DNA from: Actinomycetota bacterium
GTDB taxonomy: Bacteria > Actinomycetota > Actinomycetes > Actinomycetales > Microbacteriaceae
Reading direction: 5' to 3'
Assembly (NCBI GenBank): GCA_041191585.1
Contig: JBEEOO010000001.1
Coordinates: 63,097 to 127,096, forward strand
DNA length: 64,000 nt
A model generated the notes under the pieces. The model had not been told where the DNA came from and searched no databases. It saw only the letters and a program-made list of their open reading frames with translations. A program made the translations under genes and the position numbers. Below, one piece after another: positions 33,958 through 44,251 of this stretch (position 1 is its first letter; every line of letters starts with the position of its first letter).

Positions 33958-36024
33958 ATGTCGAATCCAGCTGGCCCATTCTTTGCCAAGCTCGGCATCT
34001 CTCATGAAGATGGCAAAGGCACTGCTCGCGTTTATTCCGAAAACGCCACAGCTATCGATCTGCACATTCTGAACCCCGACAATCGCAGCGAAACTACTCA
34101 AGTTGTAAGCCTCGCTCGAGGCGAAAACAACATTTGGTCAGCTACCAGCGCATTTATTCAACCTGGCATCACCTATGCGTTTCGCGCCGATGGCCCTACT
34201 GGCCCGCGCCACAAATTCAAGCCGACTCTGAATCTGATTGACCCGTATGCCAGAGGCATTGTTCGCGAAAGTGCGCGTGAGCTTTACAGCGTTGATATCA
34301 CGGATGAATTCGATTGGCAAGGTGTTCAAAAACCGAACATCCCGATGAGTGAAACCATCGTTTATGAGGCGCACCCTCGAGGTTTGACGCGCGCGAACGA
34401 AGCTCTGCCAGACGACATTCGCGGCACTTACGCGGCGCTGGGCCACCCAAGCACAATCGCTCACTTAAAGAACATCGGCATCACCGCTATTGAGCTGCTT
34501 CCGCTGCACCAAATCATCTCTGAGCCTCGCCTGCTCAACATGGGCCTCTATAACTACTGGGGCTACAACACCATTAACTTCTTCACCCCGCACCACCGCT
34601 ATGCCAGCATGGCAGCGCAGGCGGCCGGGCCGCAGGCTGTGGTTAATGAGCTCAAAACTGCGATTCGCGAACTGCACCGTGCCGGCATCGAAGTAATCCT
34701 TGATGTGGTTTATAACCACACTGCCGAGGGTGGTGGTGGTGGCCTCACCTATTCATATCGCGGCCTAGATAACTCGAGCTACTATCGCCAAGATGATTTG
34801 GGCAACTATCACGACACAACCGGCTGCGGAAACTCTCTGAATTTCGCCAACCCGCATGTGCTTCAACTGGTCATGGACAGCTTGCGCTACTGGACTAACG
34901 AGATGCAGATTGACGGATTTAGGTTTGACCTGATGACGACTCTGGCTCGAAACGAGATCAATCACTTCGATCCATACCATCCGCTTCTAGTTGCTATGAG
35001 CGAAGACAAGTCGCTGCGTGACTCAAAGTTGATTGCTGAACCATGGGACGTAGGTCTTGGTGGCTGGCAAACCGGTAATTTTCCGGATCGATTCTCTGAG
35101 TGGAACGACCGCTTCAGGGATAGCGTTCGGAGATTCTGGCTATCTGACATCGCCAGCGCTCGCACCAGCGGCAAGCACTGGAACGGCGTTGCCGACCTAG
35201 CTACCCGCCTCGCTGGCTCTAAAGACATCATTGACGGTAGTGCGGGCCCAATGGGCGTTATCAACTTTGTCACTGCACACGATGGCTTCACACTTCACGA
35301 CTTAGTTAGCTATGACGTCAAGCACAATCAAGTGAACGGCGAAAGCAACCGAGATGGCACGAACGACAACCGCTCATTCAACCACGGCGCCGAAGGTGAC
35401 TACGCCGACAAAAAGATTCGCCAAGTGCGATACAAGGCGATGCGCAACTTAATGGCGACACTGCTTCTTTCTGCCGGTGTCCCGATGATTGCTGCCGGTG
35501 ATGAGCGCGCCAAGTCGCAACTGGGCAACAACAACGCCTATTGCCAAGACAACGTAATCAGCTGGGTCAACTGGAAGCTGAATGAAGACCAGGCTAACTT
35601 TGAGCAGACTTTTGCCTTCTTGACCAATCTTCGCCGCGAAAATCGCGTTCTGCGCCCGACCAGTTTCGGCAATTTTGATGCGGCCACCCCTGAATCAGAT
35701 CAAATTCGCTGGTATAACCGCGAGGGTGAGATTATGCCTGGTGACCAGTGGGACGATCCGGAGCACCGCACTCTTCAGCGCTACAGCGCTCATCTTGAAG
35801 CCGATGGCAGCCTGAGCGCCATGCTCTTGGTTATTCATGGTTCTGAAGCTGCCACCGAAGCGGCACTTCCAACCGAAATCGAAAACGCTGAATACCAGTT
35901 GCTCTGGGATAGCAATCTAGCTACCCCGCCGAGTTCACAGCCTTCATTCGCAGCTGGCGCAAAATACAAGCTCGCCGGCACCTCAATGAAAATCTTCAGA
36001 GTCAATTTCTTAACGACTATGTAA
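33958..36024 (+). CDS. glgX: Glycogen debranching enzyme (GH13)
   Basis: NYWGY, DVVYNH, DGFRFDL, IAEPWD, TAHDGFTL. Start could be 33934. Confidence 0.95.
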   Translation: MSNPAGPFFAKLGISHEDGKGTARVYSENATAIDLHILNPDNRSETTQVVSLARGENNIWSATSAFIQPGITYAFRADGPTGPRHKFKPTLNLIDPYARGIVRESARELYSVDITDEFDWQGVQKPNIPMSETIVYEAHPRGLTRANEALPDDIRGTYAALGHPSTIAHLKNIGITAIELLPLHQIISEPRLLNMGLYNYWGYNTINFFTPHHRYASMAAQAAGPQAVVNELKTAIRELHRAGIEVILDVVYNHTAEGGGGGLTYSYRGLDNSSYYRQDDLGNYHDTTGCGNSLNFANPHVLQLVMDSLRYWTNEMQIDGFRFDLMTTLARNEINHFDPYHPLLVAMSEDKSLRDSKLIAEPWDVGLGGWQTGNFPDRFSEWNDRFRDSVRRFWLSDIASARTSGKHWNGVADLATRLAGSKDIIDGSAGPMGVINFVTAHDGFTLHDLVSYDVKHNQVNGESNRDGTNDNRSFNHGAEGDYADKKIRQVRYKAMRNLMATLLLSAGVPMIAAGDERAKSQLGNNNAYCQDNVISWVNWKLNEDQANFEQTFAFLTNLRRENRVLRPTSFGNFDAATPESDQIRWYNREGEIMPGDQWDDPEHRTLQRYSAHLEADGSLSAMLLVIHGSEAATEAALPTEIENAEYQLLWDSNLATPPSSQPSFAAGAKYKLAGTSMKIFRVNFLTTM

Positions 36025-36075
36025 AGGCTTTCAGTTAATTGCCTTAGCCCCCGAAATTTTCACTAGATTACGACT

Positions 36076-38106
36076 GTGGCCAAAACTTCTGAGATCAAAT
36101 TTCAGCACTCAAATCCAATTGGGCGTCTGCCGATTCTTTCGGTGACCCCATCAGTTGAAGGCGGCCGATGGCCAGCAAAGGCCTTTGAAGGTGAGGTGCT
36201 GCCTTTTGCGGCCACCGTGTTCAGAGAAGGCCATGATGCCCTTGGGGCCGAGCTGCTGCTCACCTCTCCAGCGGGCAAAACTCAGACCATCCGGATGCAT
36301 GCCGGCGCACCTGGCAGCGATCGTTGGCACGCCGTTGCTCAGCTGACCAGCGTCGGCCACTGGAGTTATCAGATTCGAGCCTTCGGTGATGATTTCGAAA
36401 CTTGGCACCACAACGCGCAGGTAAAGCTTGCGGTTGGCGTAGACGAAGAGCTGATGATGCTCGAGGGCGTAAAGTTGCTGACCGCCGCCGCAGCCGAGAA
36501 ATCTCGAACCAAAGCGAATGCGCAGATTTTGGTTGCCGCAGCCGAAATACTCGGTGATTTCAGCAAATCTGCACAGGCTAGATTTAGCGCCATCGAAACC
36601 CCGGAGCTTTTGGGTGCTGCTCACGACCAACCGATCCGCTCGCTGGTGACCCTCTCAAAGTCATTTGTAATCAACTGTGAACGAACCTTCAGCGGTGCCG
36701 CTGCCTGGTATGAATTCTTTCCTCGCAGCGAAGGTGCAAAATTCAACGCCAAGACCAACACCTGGACTTCGGGCAACTTCAAGACAGCCGCAAAGCGTTT
36801 GCCAGCTGTCGCCGAAATGGGCTTCGACATTCTCTACATGCCGCCGATTCACCCAATTGGCCGAGCGTTTAGAAAGGGTCCGAACAACACCCTAAATGCC
36901 ACCGAAGCTGACCCTGGATCACCTTGGGCGATTGGCTCAGAAGCCGGTGGGCACGATGCAATTCATCCTGAATTAGGCACTGAAAAGGATTTTGCCGCTT
37001 TCGTAAAGAAGGCAAACGATCTCGGGCTAGAAATTGCACTCGACTTGGCGCTGCAGGCCTCACCAGACCACCCATGGGTAAAAACCAACCCAGAGTGGTT
37101 CACTACTCGAGCAGACGGCACGATTGCCTATGCCGAAAACCCGCCAAAGAAATACCAAGACATCTATCCGGTCAACTTCGACAACGACCCTCAGGGCATC
37201 TATCAAGAGGTTTTGCGAATCGTTCGACTTTGGATTTCACGCGGAATCAAGATTTTTAGAGTCGATAATCCGCACACAAAAACCGTTGAATTTTGGGAAT
37301 GGCTAATCGGCGAAGTTAACGCCGAGAACCCTGAGGTAATTTTCCTGGCCGAGGCATTCACTCGCCCAGCGATGATGCACACTCTGGGCAAGGTCGGATT
37401 CCAGCAGTCGTACACCTACTACACCTGGCGAAACTCTAAGACCGAGCTCGAGTCATACCTTCACGAGCTGTCAAAAGAGACCGCGGACTTCTTTAGGCCA
37501 AATCTTTGGGTCAGCACTCCAGACATCCTGACTCAGTTTTTGCAGTTTGGCGGCCCTGCTGGTCACAAACTTCGTGCAGCAATCGCTGCTACGGCTGGCG
37601 CCAGCTGGGGCATGTATGCCGGCTATGAACTCATTGAGTCGGTTGCTAGACCGGGTGCCGAAGAGCACATCGACAGCGAAAAATACGAGTTCAAAGCTCG
37701 CGATTGGGCGGCTGCCGAAAAATCGGGTCGATCTATCGCGCCATACATTTCTAAGCTGAACGAGATTCGCAAGAAGCACCCAGCTGTTAGGCAGCTTCGC
37801 AACCTTGAACTGCACCACATTGACGATGGCTCGATGTTGGTCTTTTCTAAGCACCTGGATGCTGCGCACACCGGAACCAAGAAGAGTGACACCGTGATTG
37901 TGGTTGCCAACCTTGACCCACATGCCGTGCGCGAGAGCACGGTTCACCTTGACCTTGCCAAGCTTGGATTGCCTCAGGACTCACGTTTTGAAGTGACCGA
38001 TCTAATCAGCAACGAAACATACGAGTGGAGCACTTCAAACTATGTGCGCCTGGACCCTCGCGATGAGCCGGTTCACATTCTTAAAGTCGGCAAAGTCACC
38101 TCTTAA
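36076..38106 (+). CDS. glgE: Maltose-1-phosphate maltosyltransferase
   Basis: WYEFFPRS, ENPPKKYQDI, FRVDNPHTK. Confidence 0.96.
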   Translation: MAKTSEIKFQHSNPIGRLPILSVTPSVEGGRWPAKAFEGEVLPFAATVFREGHDALGAELLLTSPAGKTQTIRMHAGAPGSDRWHAVAQLTSVGHWSYQIRAFGDDFETWHHNAQVKLAVGVDEELMMLEGVKLLTAAAAEKSRTKANAQILVAAAEILGDFSKSAQARFSAIETPELLGAAHDQPIRSLVTLSKSFVINCERTFSGAAAWYEFFPRSEGAKFNAKTNTWTSGNFKTAAKRLPAVAEMGFDILYMPPIHPIGRAFRKGPNNTLNATEADPGSPWAIGSEAGGHDAIHPELGTEKDFAAFVKKANDLGLEIALDLALQASPDHPWVKTNPEWFTTRADGTIAYAENPPKKYQDIYPVNFDNDPQGIYQEVLRIVRLWISRGIKIFRVDNPHTKTVEFWEWLIGEVNAENPEVIFLAEAFTRPAMMHTLGKVGFQQSYTYYTWRNSKTELESYLHELSKETADFFRPNLWVSTPDILTQFLQFGGPAGHKLRAAIAATAGASWGMYAGYELIESVARPGAEEHIDSEKYEFKARDWAAAEKSGRSIAPYISKLNEIRKKHPAVRQLRNLELHHIDDGSMLVFSKHLDAAHTGTKKSDTVIVVANLDPHAVRESTVHLDLAKLGLPQDSRFEVTDLISNETYEWSTSNYVRLDPRDEPVHILKVGKVTS

Positions 38107-38116
38107 GGAGTAAAAA

Positions 38117-40327
38117 ATGGCACTAAGAAAGCCAAAAGAAATTGTGCTTCCTGAGGTTTCAAGTGAGCTGATTTGGAAAGTTGCGACCGGCAGCTACCAC
38201 GACCCGCACTCGGTGTTGGGTGCTCACCCGCACGATAACGGCTGGGTTATTCGCACTCTGAAGCCACTGGCCCGCAAGGTTGCTATTGAGCTGGCAGCTG
38301 GTGAGCGAATCGAACTTTCGCACCTTGAGCACGGGGTTTGGCAGGGTTTCGTGGCGGCCAAAAAGACGCCTGACTATCGCGTGGTGGCCACCTTCGAGAA
38401 CGAAGGCAACACCCATGAGTGGCGAATCGACGACCCTTATCGCCACATGCCAACTATCGGCGAGTTTGATCTGCACCTAATCGGAGAAGGTCGTCACGAA
38501 GAGCTCTGGAAGGCTTTGGGGTCACACCTGACCTCGATCAAGGGCTCCCTGGGCGAAAGCTATGGCGTGCGCTTTGCAGTTTGGGCACCGAACGCTCAAG
38601 CTATTCGAGTCATTGGTGATTTCAATCACTGGAACGGCTCGGCCCACTCAATGCGCGTCATGGGCAGCACCGGAGTTTGGGAGATATTCATCCCGGGCAT
38701 CGAAGCTGGCACCAAATACAAGTATGAAATTCTCACCAAATCTGGTGCCTGGATTTCAAAGATTGACCCGCTTGCCCGATTCGCCGAAACCCCACCGAGC
38801 ACCGCTTCGGTGGTTGTGGATTCGACCTATAAGTGGAAAGACTCGGTATGGCTGAAAGACCGCGCTAAGCGCGATGCCCTGAAGTCGCCAATGAGCATCT
38901 ATGAACTCCACGCTGGCTCGTGGCGCAAAGACCTCACCTATCGCACTCTGGCTGACGAGCTGATCCCCTATGTTCAAGAACTTGGATTCACTCACGTTGA
39001 GTTCATGCCGATTGCAGAACACCCATACGCGCCATCTTGGGGCTATCAGGTCACTGGCTATTACGCTCCGACTTCTCGTTTTGGCACACCTGACGACTTC
39101 AAATACTTAGTCGATCGCCTTCACGCAGCGGGCATCGGTGTGATTCTTGATTGGGTTCCTGCGCACTTTCCGAAAGATGACTGGGCGCTCGCTCACTATG
39201 ACGGCGAGGCGCTCTATGAACACGCGGACCCTCGTCGCGGAGAGCACCCAGACTGGGGCACGATGATCTTTGATTTCGGTCGAACTGAGGTCAGAAACTT
39301 TTTGGTCGCCAATGCTCTCTATTGGCTCGAGGAGTTTCACATCGACGGTCTTCGCGTCGACGCCGTGGCATCAATGCTTTATCTTGACTACTCTCGCGAA
39401 GGCAACAACTGGCTGCCGAATGAATACGGCGGACGCGAGAATCTCGATGCCATTAGGTTCATGCAAGAGGTGAACGCAACGGCTTATCGTCGCAACCCAG
39501 GCATCATGATGATTGCCGAAGAGTCAACCAGCTGGGGTGGCGTATCTGCGCCAACCGATGGCGGCGGCTTGGGCTATGGCTTCAAGTGGAACATGGGCTG
39601 GATGAATGACACGCTCGAGTACATTCAAAAAGACCCGGCTTATCGCCGCTATCACCACGGCGAGCTGACTTTCTCGATGCTTTATACCTACGACGAGAAG
39701 TTCATTTTGCCGATTAGCCACGATGAAGTTGTGCATGGCAAGGGTTCGCTTTTGAACAAGATGCCGGGCGATCGTTGGCAGCAGCTGGCAAATGTGCGTG
39801 CCTATTTGACCTTCATGTGGTCACACCCTGGCAAGCAGCTTTTGTTCATGGGTTCAGAGTTCGGGCAGCAGTCTGAATGGAGCCAAGAACACGGCCTTGA
39901 ATGGTGGGTTCTTGACCAGCCAATGCACCAGGGGCTTAAGAGCTTGGTGGCCACATTGAACCGCCTGTATGTCGAAAACCCGGCGCTATGGCAGCTTGAT
40001 CACTTTCACCAGGGCTTTGTATGGATCGATGGCGGCAACGCCGACGCGAACCTGCTGAGCTTCTTGAGATACGACGAGAGCGGCAACCCACTGGCTGTCG
40101 TAATCAACTTTGCCGGTCACCCTCATCACGACTTCAAACTTGGCTTGCCTAAAGATGGCGTTTGGCAAGAGATTTTGAACACAGATGCCGCCGAGTTCGG
40201 TGGTTCAGGTGTTGGAAACTTTGGCAGCGTAGTTGCTAACGGCGAAGGAACTAACGGTCAGCCGCACTCGGCTTCGATTTCGGTTCCTCCACTTGGAGCA
40301 ATCTGGCTAAAGCCAGCCGCTAAATAG
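38117..40327 (+). CDS. glgB: 1,4-alpha-glucan branching enzyme
   Basis: FAVWAPNA, SWGYQ, GLRVDAVASM, AEES, SHDEVVHGK. Confidence 0.97.
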   Translation: MALRKPKEIVLPEVSSELIWKVATGSYHDPHSVLGAHPHDNGWVIRTLKPLARKVAIELAAGERIELSHLEHGVWQGFVAAKKTPDYRVVATFENEGNTHEWRIDDPYRHMPTIGEFDLHLIGEGRHEELWKALGSHLTSIKGSLGESYGVRFAVWAPNAQAIRVIGDFNHWNGSAHSMRVMGSTGVWEIFIPGIEAGTKYKYEILTKSGAWISKIDPLARFAETPPSTASVVVDSTYKWKDSVWLKDRAKRDALKSPMSIYELHAGSWRKDLTYRTLADELIPYVQELGFTHVEFMPIAEHPYAPSWGYQVTGYYAPTSRFGTPDDFKYLVDRLHAAGIGVILDWVPAHFPKDDWALAHYDGEALYEHADPRRGEHPDWGTMIFDFGRTEVRNFLVANALYWLEEFHIDGLRVDAVASMLYLDYSREGNNWLPNEYGGRENLDAIRFMQEVNATAYRRNPGIMMIAEESTSWGGVSAPTDGGGLGYGFKWNMGWMNDTLEYIQKDPAYRRYHHGELTFSMLYTYDEKFILPISHDEVVHGKGSLLNKMPGDRWQQLANVRAYLTFMWSHPGKQLLFMGSEFGQQSEWSQEHGLEWWVLDQPMHQGLKSLVATLNRLYVENPALWQLDHFHQGFVWIDGGNADANLLSFLRYDESGNPLAVVINFAGHPHHDFKLGLPKDGVWQEILNTDAAEFGGSGVGNFGSVVANGEGTNGQPHSASISVPPLGAIWLKPAAK

Positions 40328-40378
40328 CAATCTTTTAGTAGCCTCGGCGGTGCCTAGACGGCTGTTTTTGATATTGGT

Positions 40379-41344
40379 TTAGTACAGCAACAGCGCTAGT
40401 TTTTTGCGTGCATCGGCGACTTCAGGCGAGTCACTCCCCTGCACTTCAAACAGCTCGAGAAGATGCTTGCGAATCTCGTCTCTTTGCTCTGCGGGCGCTG
40501 ACTCAAATGCGCTTAGCAACAAATAAAAACCCTGCAGAGCGTGACCGACTGCGACCAGCACATCGGCTTTTAGCAAGACTGAAGAAAGCTCTGTTGGCTG
40601 AGAGGCCAATATCTCATCGACGTCAACCTCAGCGGTGCGAACCAACAATCTGGCCTGAGCAAGCCCAGCCTTGGCCAGAACATCGCTCGGCATCTCATTT
40701 AGGGCCGCCTGGTATTCAAGAACAGCAGCCTGATAATTGCCGCGATCAATCGCGTCATAAGCCGCCTGGTGACGAGGGCTGAGTTTTGGTGCCGCTGCTT
40801 CGGCTGCTGCATTGGCATCGACAACTGCGGTTCCTGAGATTTGGTTTTCGGCTGCCACTTCAAGAATGCGTTCAAAAACCGTGGCGATGGCTGCCGCTTC
40901 TTGATCACCAGCAAATAGTGGAACCGGTTGCCCCTTGATGACAGCAACAACCGTCGGTGCACCCTCTACCTTGAAAGCCGCTGCGATCTTTGGTTGCGCC
41001 TGAACGTCAACCCTGATTAGCAGAATTCGACCATTGGCTAATTCGGTTTGAGCCTGCAGCTTGGCCGAAAGAGCTTTGCCAGGCTCGCTCCAACTGGCAT
41101 AGAACTCAATGACCAATGGCACTGAATTAGACACTGCGATGAAGTTGTTGAAGTTAGCTTCATTACCTTCGATAACCAGGGCTGGCACAACCGGATTAGT
41201 AGCGTCGGCGGCTTGAGAATTGGCGCCACTGGCTTGGTCAGGATGGACAGGCTGCGCAGCGGGTGAAGGGGTTTGTGCTCGGTTCTTGAGCGAAGACAGA
41301 TCCACTGCCCCAGCCAAACTAGCCCTTGATGAGAAATCAGACAT
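40379..41344 (-). CDS. Thioredoxin-like/TPR co-chaperone (YbbN/CnoX-like, no CxxC)
   Basis: GAVDLSSL N-terminus; Trx fold with WSEP in place of WCxxC; C-terminal ARKKLALLLY. Confidence 0.85.
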   Translation of the reverse strand: MSDFSSRASLAGAVDLSSLKNRAQTPSPAAQPVHPDQASGANSQAADATNPVVPALVIEGNEANFNNFIAVSNSVPLVIEFYASWSEPGKALSAKLQAQTELANGRILLIRVDVQAQPKIAAAFKVEGAPTVVAVIKGQPVPLFAGDQEAAAIATVFERILEVAAENQISGTAVVDANAAAEAAAPKLSPRHQAAYDAIDRGNYQAAVLEYQAALNEMPSDVLAKAGLAQARLLVRTAEVDVDEILASQPTELSSVLLKADVLVAVGHALQGFYLLLSAFESAPAEQRDEIRKHLLELFEVQGSDSPEVADARKKLALLLY

Positions 41345-43056
41345 TAGAGACTCCTAACGCTGACAAGGCCCTGCGTTGCGCCCAACAAGCGAATAGAGGT
41401 CTTGTCTGACAAGGCTGGAACATAGAAAAGCAACATGTTTCCGTACTGGGATCTAACGCCACGGGTCGACCCGTCAGCTCCAAGCAAGAGTTTTTCTTGA
41501 CCCGAGACTGCAACCGCTGATCCAGCGGTCTTTGGCTTGATCTGATAGATGTCGGTCATATAAACCGCAATCAAGGCGCCGGCGCCCGAGGTTGAGAGAG
41601 CCTGAATGTTTGGCTCACCAAGTCGGTGAATAAAGGTGATCTTTGCCGTGCGCAGGTTATTCACCTGATCTTTTTGGCTTTGTGAAACTTGCTTGAAGAA
41701 CTCATCATTCTTCAGATCAAACAATGAAGCACTAAGGCTGCCTTGACCACTGTTGATGACATCGCCATATGCCGCCGGCAACTTGGTTGGTTGCAACTTT
41801 AGGAATAGCGACTTGCGATCAACCGGGATCGAGCCAACCTCAGGAGCCGGAACCGCTGGGATCTTGGCCCCCGGCATCAGTCGAACGTAATACCAAACCG
41901 AATAGTTTGACCTCGGGTTCTGTTGTTGAAGCACGAGCATTTGTGGCAAAGCAGCGTCACCTGGCTCATCGGTCACAGCCATAACTGTGCGAGGCCACTC
42001 TTCAGTGGCCGCCGGAAGGCTGAAAGTGATTGGATTAGCCGCAATGTTCGGAAGTGCAGCAATCTTGTTTGAGCGTTTCATTAACTTGTAGTGAGCCTTG
42101 CGGATTTCAAGTGCTGGGCCAGTGAATCGAGACTCAAGAATTGAATCCTCGTTGCTACTATCGGCAGCCGAAGCAATCTTTGAAATGTTGGCCAGAATTC
42201 GCTGAAGCTGCGCCTTAGTAACGACCGGAGCAGCAAGTTTTTCAACTGGGCCACTTGCGCTAGCGCTTGATGATTCACTTGGTGCTGGCGCAGGCTCGGC
42301 GCTGCAACCAGCAAGCAATGCCAAAGTTAGGCCCGAACCGGCAAGGGCAATCATGTTTCGCTTCGCTGAGCGACGACCCTTGGCTCGGTTGTTAGATTTC
42401 GCGGCTTTGAACCGATACTTCGGCGGCTTTGGCGGCTGATACAGCTTGCGACGCGGGCCACGCTTTTTTCTAATATTTCTAAAACCTAGGTAGTTGAAAA
42501 TCACGGCCGTCATCAGCATCAAAAAGCCGACCAGCAAGAAGATGTTTGACGGCGTTAGGTCATAGGCAATCGGCCAGATGATTTTCACAGATCCGGGTGC
42601 TTGCTTGACACCATTGCTAGCAATAAGCACAGCGCCGTCGGGCGAACTAGAAGCTTGGATGCTGGCGGTTGACTTTGAAATAGCCTCGGCCTGCCAAAGG
42701 TCTGATCCCGATGGGTTGTCTTTGGCTTTGTTGCCGTAGACCTGGTTAGAAGTTAGCTTGCCCGATTTTTTGTCGAACGTGATTCGGGTATAGGCATCGC
42801 GACCAAGCCAGGCAACGACATCGGCTTGAGTTGCTGTGGCGGCGAAAACTTTAGATGCGCCCGATACAGACACTTTTGGTTGCCCAAGGTTTGCACTCAA
42901 AGCCTGACCGTCTACCAACACATATGCCGCAGGTTTGTCTAGCTCGATAGACATCGAAACGCTTGGTGGTGGCGCCCAAATGGTGCGCTGACCCAGTCCT
43001 ACAAGCATCAGCAAAATGGAAACGACAAATAGCGCTGCTGATACCAAAAAGCGCAT
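41344..43056 (-). CDS. Conserved membrane-anchored hypothetical protein with an internal lipobox
   Basis: N-terminal TM, second TM, basic linker, then LALLAGC. Confidence 0.75.
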   Translation of the reverse strand: MRFLVSAALFVVSILLMLVGLGQRTIWAPPPSVSMSIELDKPAAYVLVDGQALSANLGQPKVSVSGASKVFAATATQADVVAWLGRDAYTRITFDKKSGKLTSNQVYGNKAKDNPSGSDLWQAEAISKSTASIQASSSPDGAVLIASNGVKQAPGSVKIIWPIAYDLTPSNIFLLVGFLMLMTAVIFNYLGFRNIRKKRGPRRKLYQPPKPPKYRFKAAKSNNRAKGRRSAKRNMIALAGSGLTLALLAGCSAEPAPAPSESSSASASGPVEKLAAPVVTKAQLQRILANISKIASAADSSNEDSILESRFTGPALEIRKAHYKLMKRSNKIAALPNIAANPITFSLPAATEEWPRTVMAVTDEPGDAALPQMLVLQQQNPRSNYSVWYYVRLMPGAKIPAVPAPEVGSIPVDRKSLFLKLQPTKLPAAYGDVINSGQGSLSASLFDLKNDEFFKQVSQSQKDQVNNLRTAKITFIHRLGEPNIQALSTSGAGALIAVYMTDIYQIKPKTAGSAVAVSGQEKLLLGADGSTRGVRSQYGNMLLFYVPALSDKTSIRLLGATQGLVSVRSL

Positions 43057-43133
43057 GCTGAAATCCAATCAAGCTAAACTTGGGGCGAAGCGAAAGCTTG
43101 AATAATTCTACCCACCGCCCAGGAGTGCCCCTT

Positions 43134-44219
43134 TTGACCGCAGAAGAGACCGAATTTCCGATCGCTATCAGGGGTTACGACAAGCCTTCTGTAGACGACG
43201 CGATTCGTGACCTGCGCAAGGACATCCTTGCCCTGTCGGCACAAAATGCCAGCCTGGTACAAGAGCTTCGCGAGGCCACTGAGGCTCTAAATGCCGCTCG
43301 CCACGAGTTGAGCGAATATGACCGCCCAACATATTCGGGCGTTGGTGCGCGAGCTGCCCTAATTTTGAGCAGTGCCGAAGAGCAAGCCGCCCACATTTTG
43401 AACGTTGCCGAAACCGAGGCGCAGCGTCAACGTCACAACCTTCAGCTTGAGGTAGACAACCAACGCCACGAGGCCAAGGGCTTCTATGACTCTCTTGTTG
43501 CCGAAGCTCAGCGCCGCGCAGACCGCATTATTTCAGGTGCTCGTGCCGACTATGACGAGATCATCAAAAAGGCACACACCGACGCTTTAGCAATTGCCGA
43601 AGAAGCACAGCGCGAAACCGGATCAATCCGTGGCGCAGTAGCCACCGAAGTTGCCAAGATGCGCGCGGCTGCAAAGCGCGAGGTTGAGCTGCTGAAGACC
43701 GCTGTCGAGCGTGAACTTGCAGAGCGCAAGCTGCTGGCTAATCGTGACATCAACGTCAATATCGATGTTGACCGTGCCAACGCACTGGTCACCGATCAGG
43801 CTCGCATCGATCTAGAGCTTGAGCTAACTGCCCGCCGCAACGAAGCCGAGCAAGAATATCTGCGCAAGCACCAAGAAGCTGTCGCAACTACCCAGAAATA
43901 TCTGGATGACGCCAACGCACAGCTTTCGACCGCACTTACCCGCGCAAATGCCGCTCGACTTGAAGCCGAGACCCTAGAGGCAGCCGCTATTTCGATCAAC
44001 CAGCAGACAACTGCAGCCACTCGCCTTAAGGCAGATGGCATCATCGCAGCAGCCGAAGCTGAAGCTCGCACTCAAATCAGCGAGGCCCAGGCCAAGATCA
44101 GCTATGAAATAAAGGCGGCCGAAGCTGATCTCATGAAAATTAAAGCCGAGCGTGATTCGATTGAGGTTTACATTGAACGCCTGCGCAACGTGCTAAACGA
44201 CACCATCAAAAAGCCATAA
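43134..44219 (+). CDS. DivIVA-domain coiled-coil protein (FilP/Scy-like)
   Basis: FPIAIRGYDKPSVD DivIVA motif and a long Ala/Glu-rich coiled coil; TTG at 43134 after AGGAG. Confidence 0.82.
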   Translation: MTAEETEFPIAIRGYDKPSVDDAIRDLRKDILALSAQNASLVQELREATEALNAARHELSEYDRPTYSGVGARAALILSSAEEQAAHILNVAETEAQRQRHNLQLEVDNQRHEAKGFYDSLVAEAQRRADRIISGARADYDEIIKKAHTDALAIAEEAQRETGSIRGAVATEVAKMRAAAKREVELLKTAVERELAERKLLANRDINVNIDVDRANALVTDQARIDLELELTARRNEAEQEYLRKHQEAVATTQKYLDDANAQLSTALTRANAARLEAETLEAAAISINQQTTAATRLKADGIIAAAEAEARTQISEAQAKISYEIKAAEADLMKIKAERDSIEVYIERLRNVLNDTIKKP

Positions 44220-44251
44220 GCAAGCCCGCTGTGCGCTGATAGGTTAGGCAC

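Noticed and set aside
33828-33998. Apparent overlap of the iscS and glgX N-termini (similarly the long 5' extensions of tsf, comM and the SDR)
   Set aside because: This is an artefact of longest-ORF start choice. Homology-consistent starts with RBS or -10 signals remove the overlaps.
40379-41344. Loss of CxxC in the thioredoxin-like domain as pseudogenisation
   Set aside because: The ORF is intact, and redox-inactive YbbN/CnoX-type chaperones are common.
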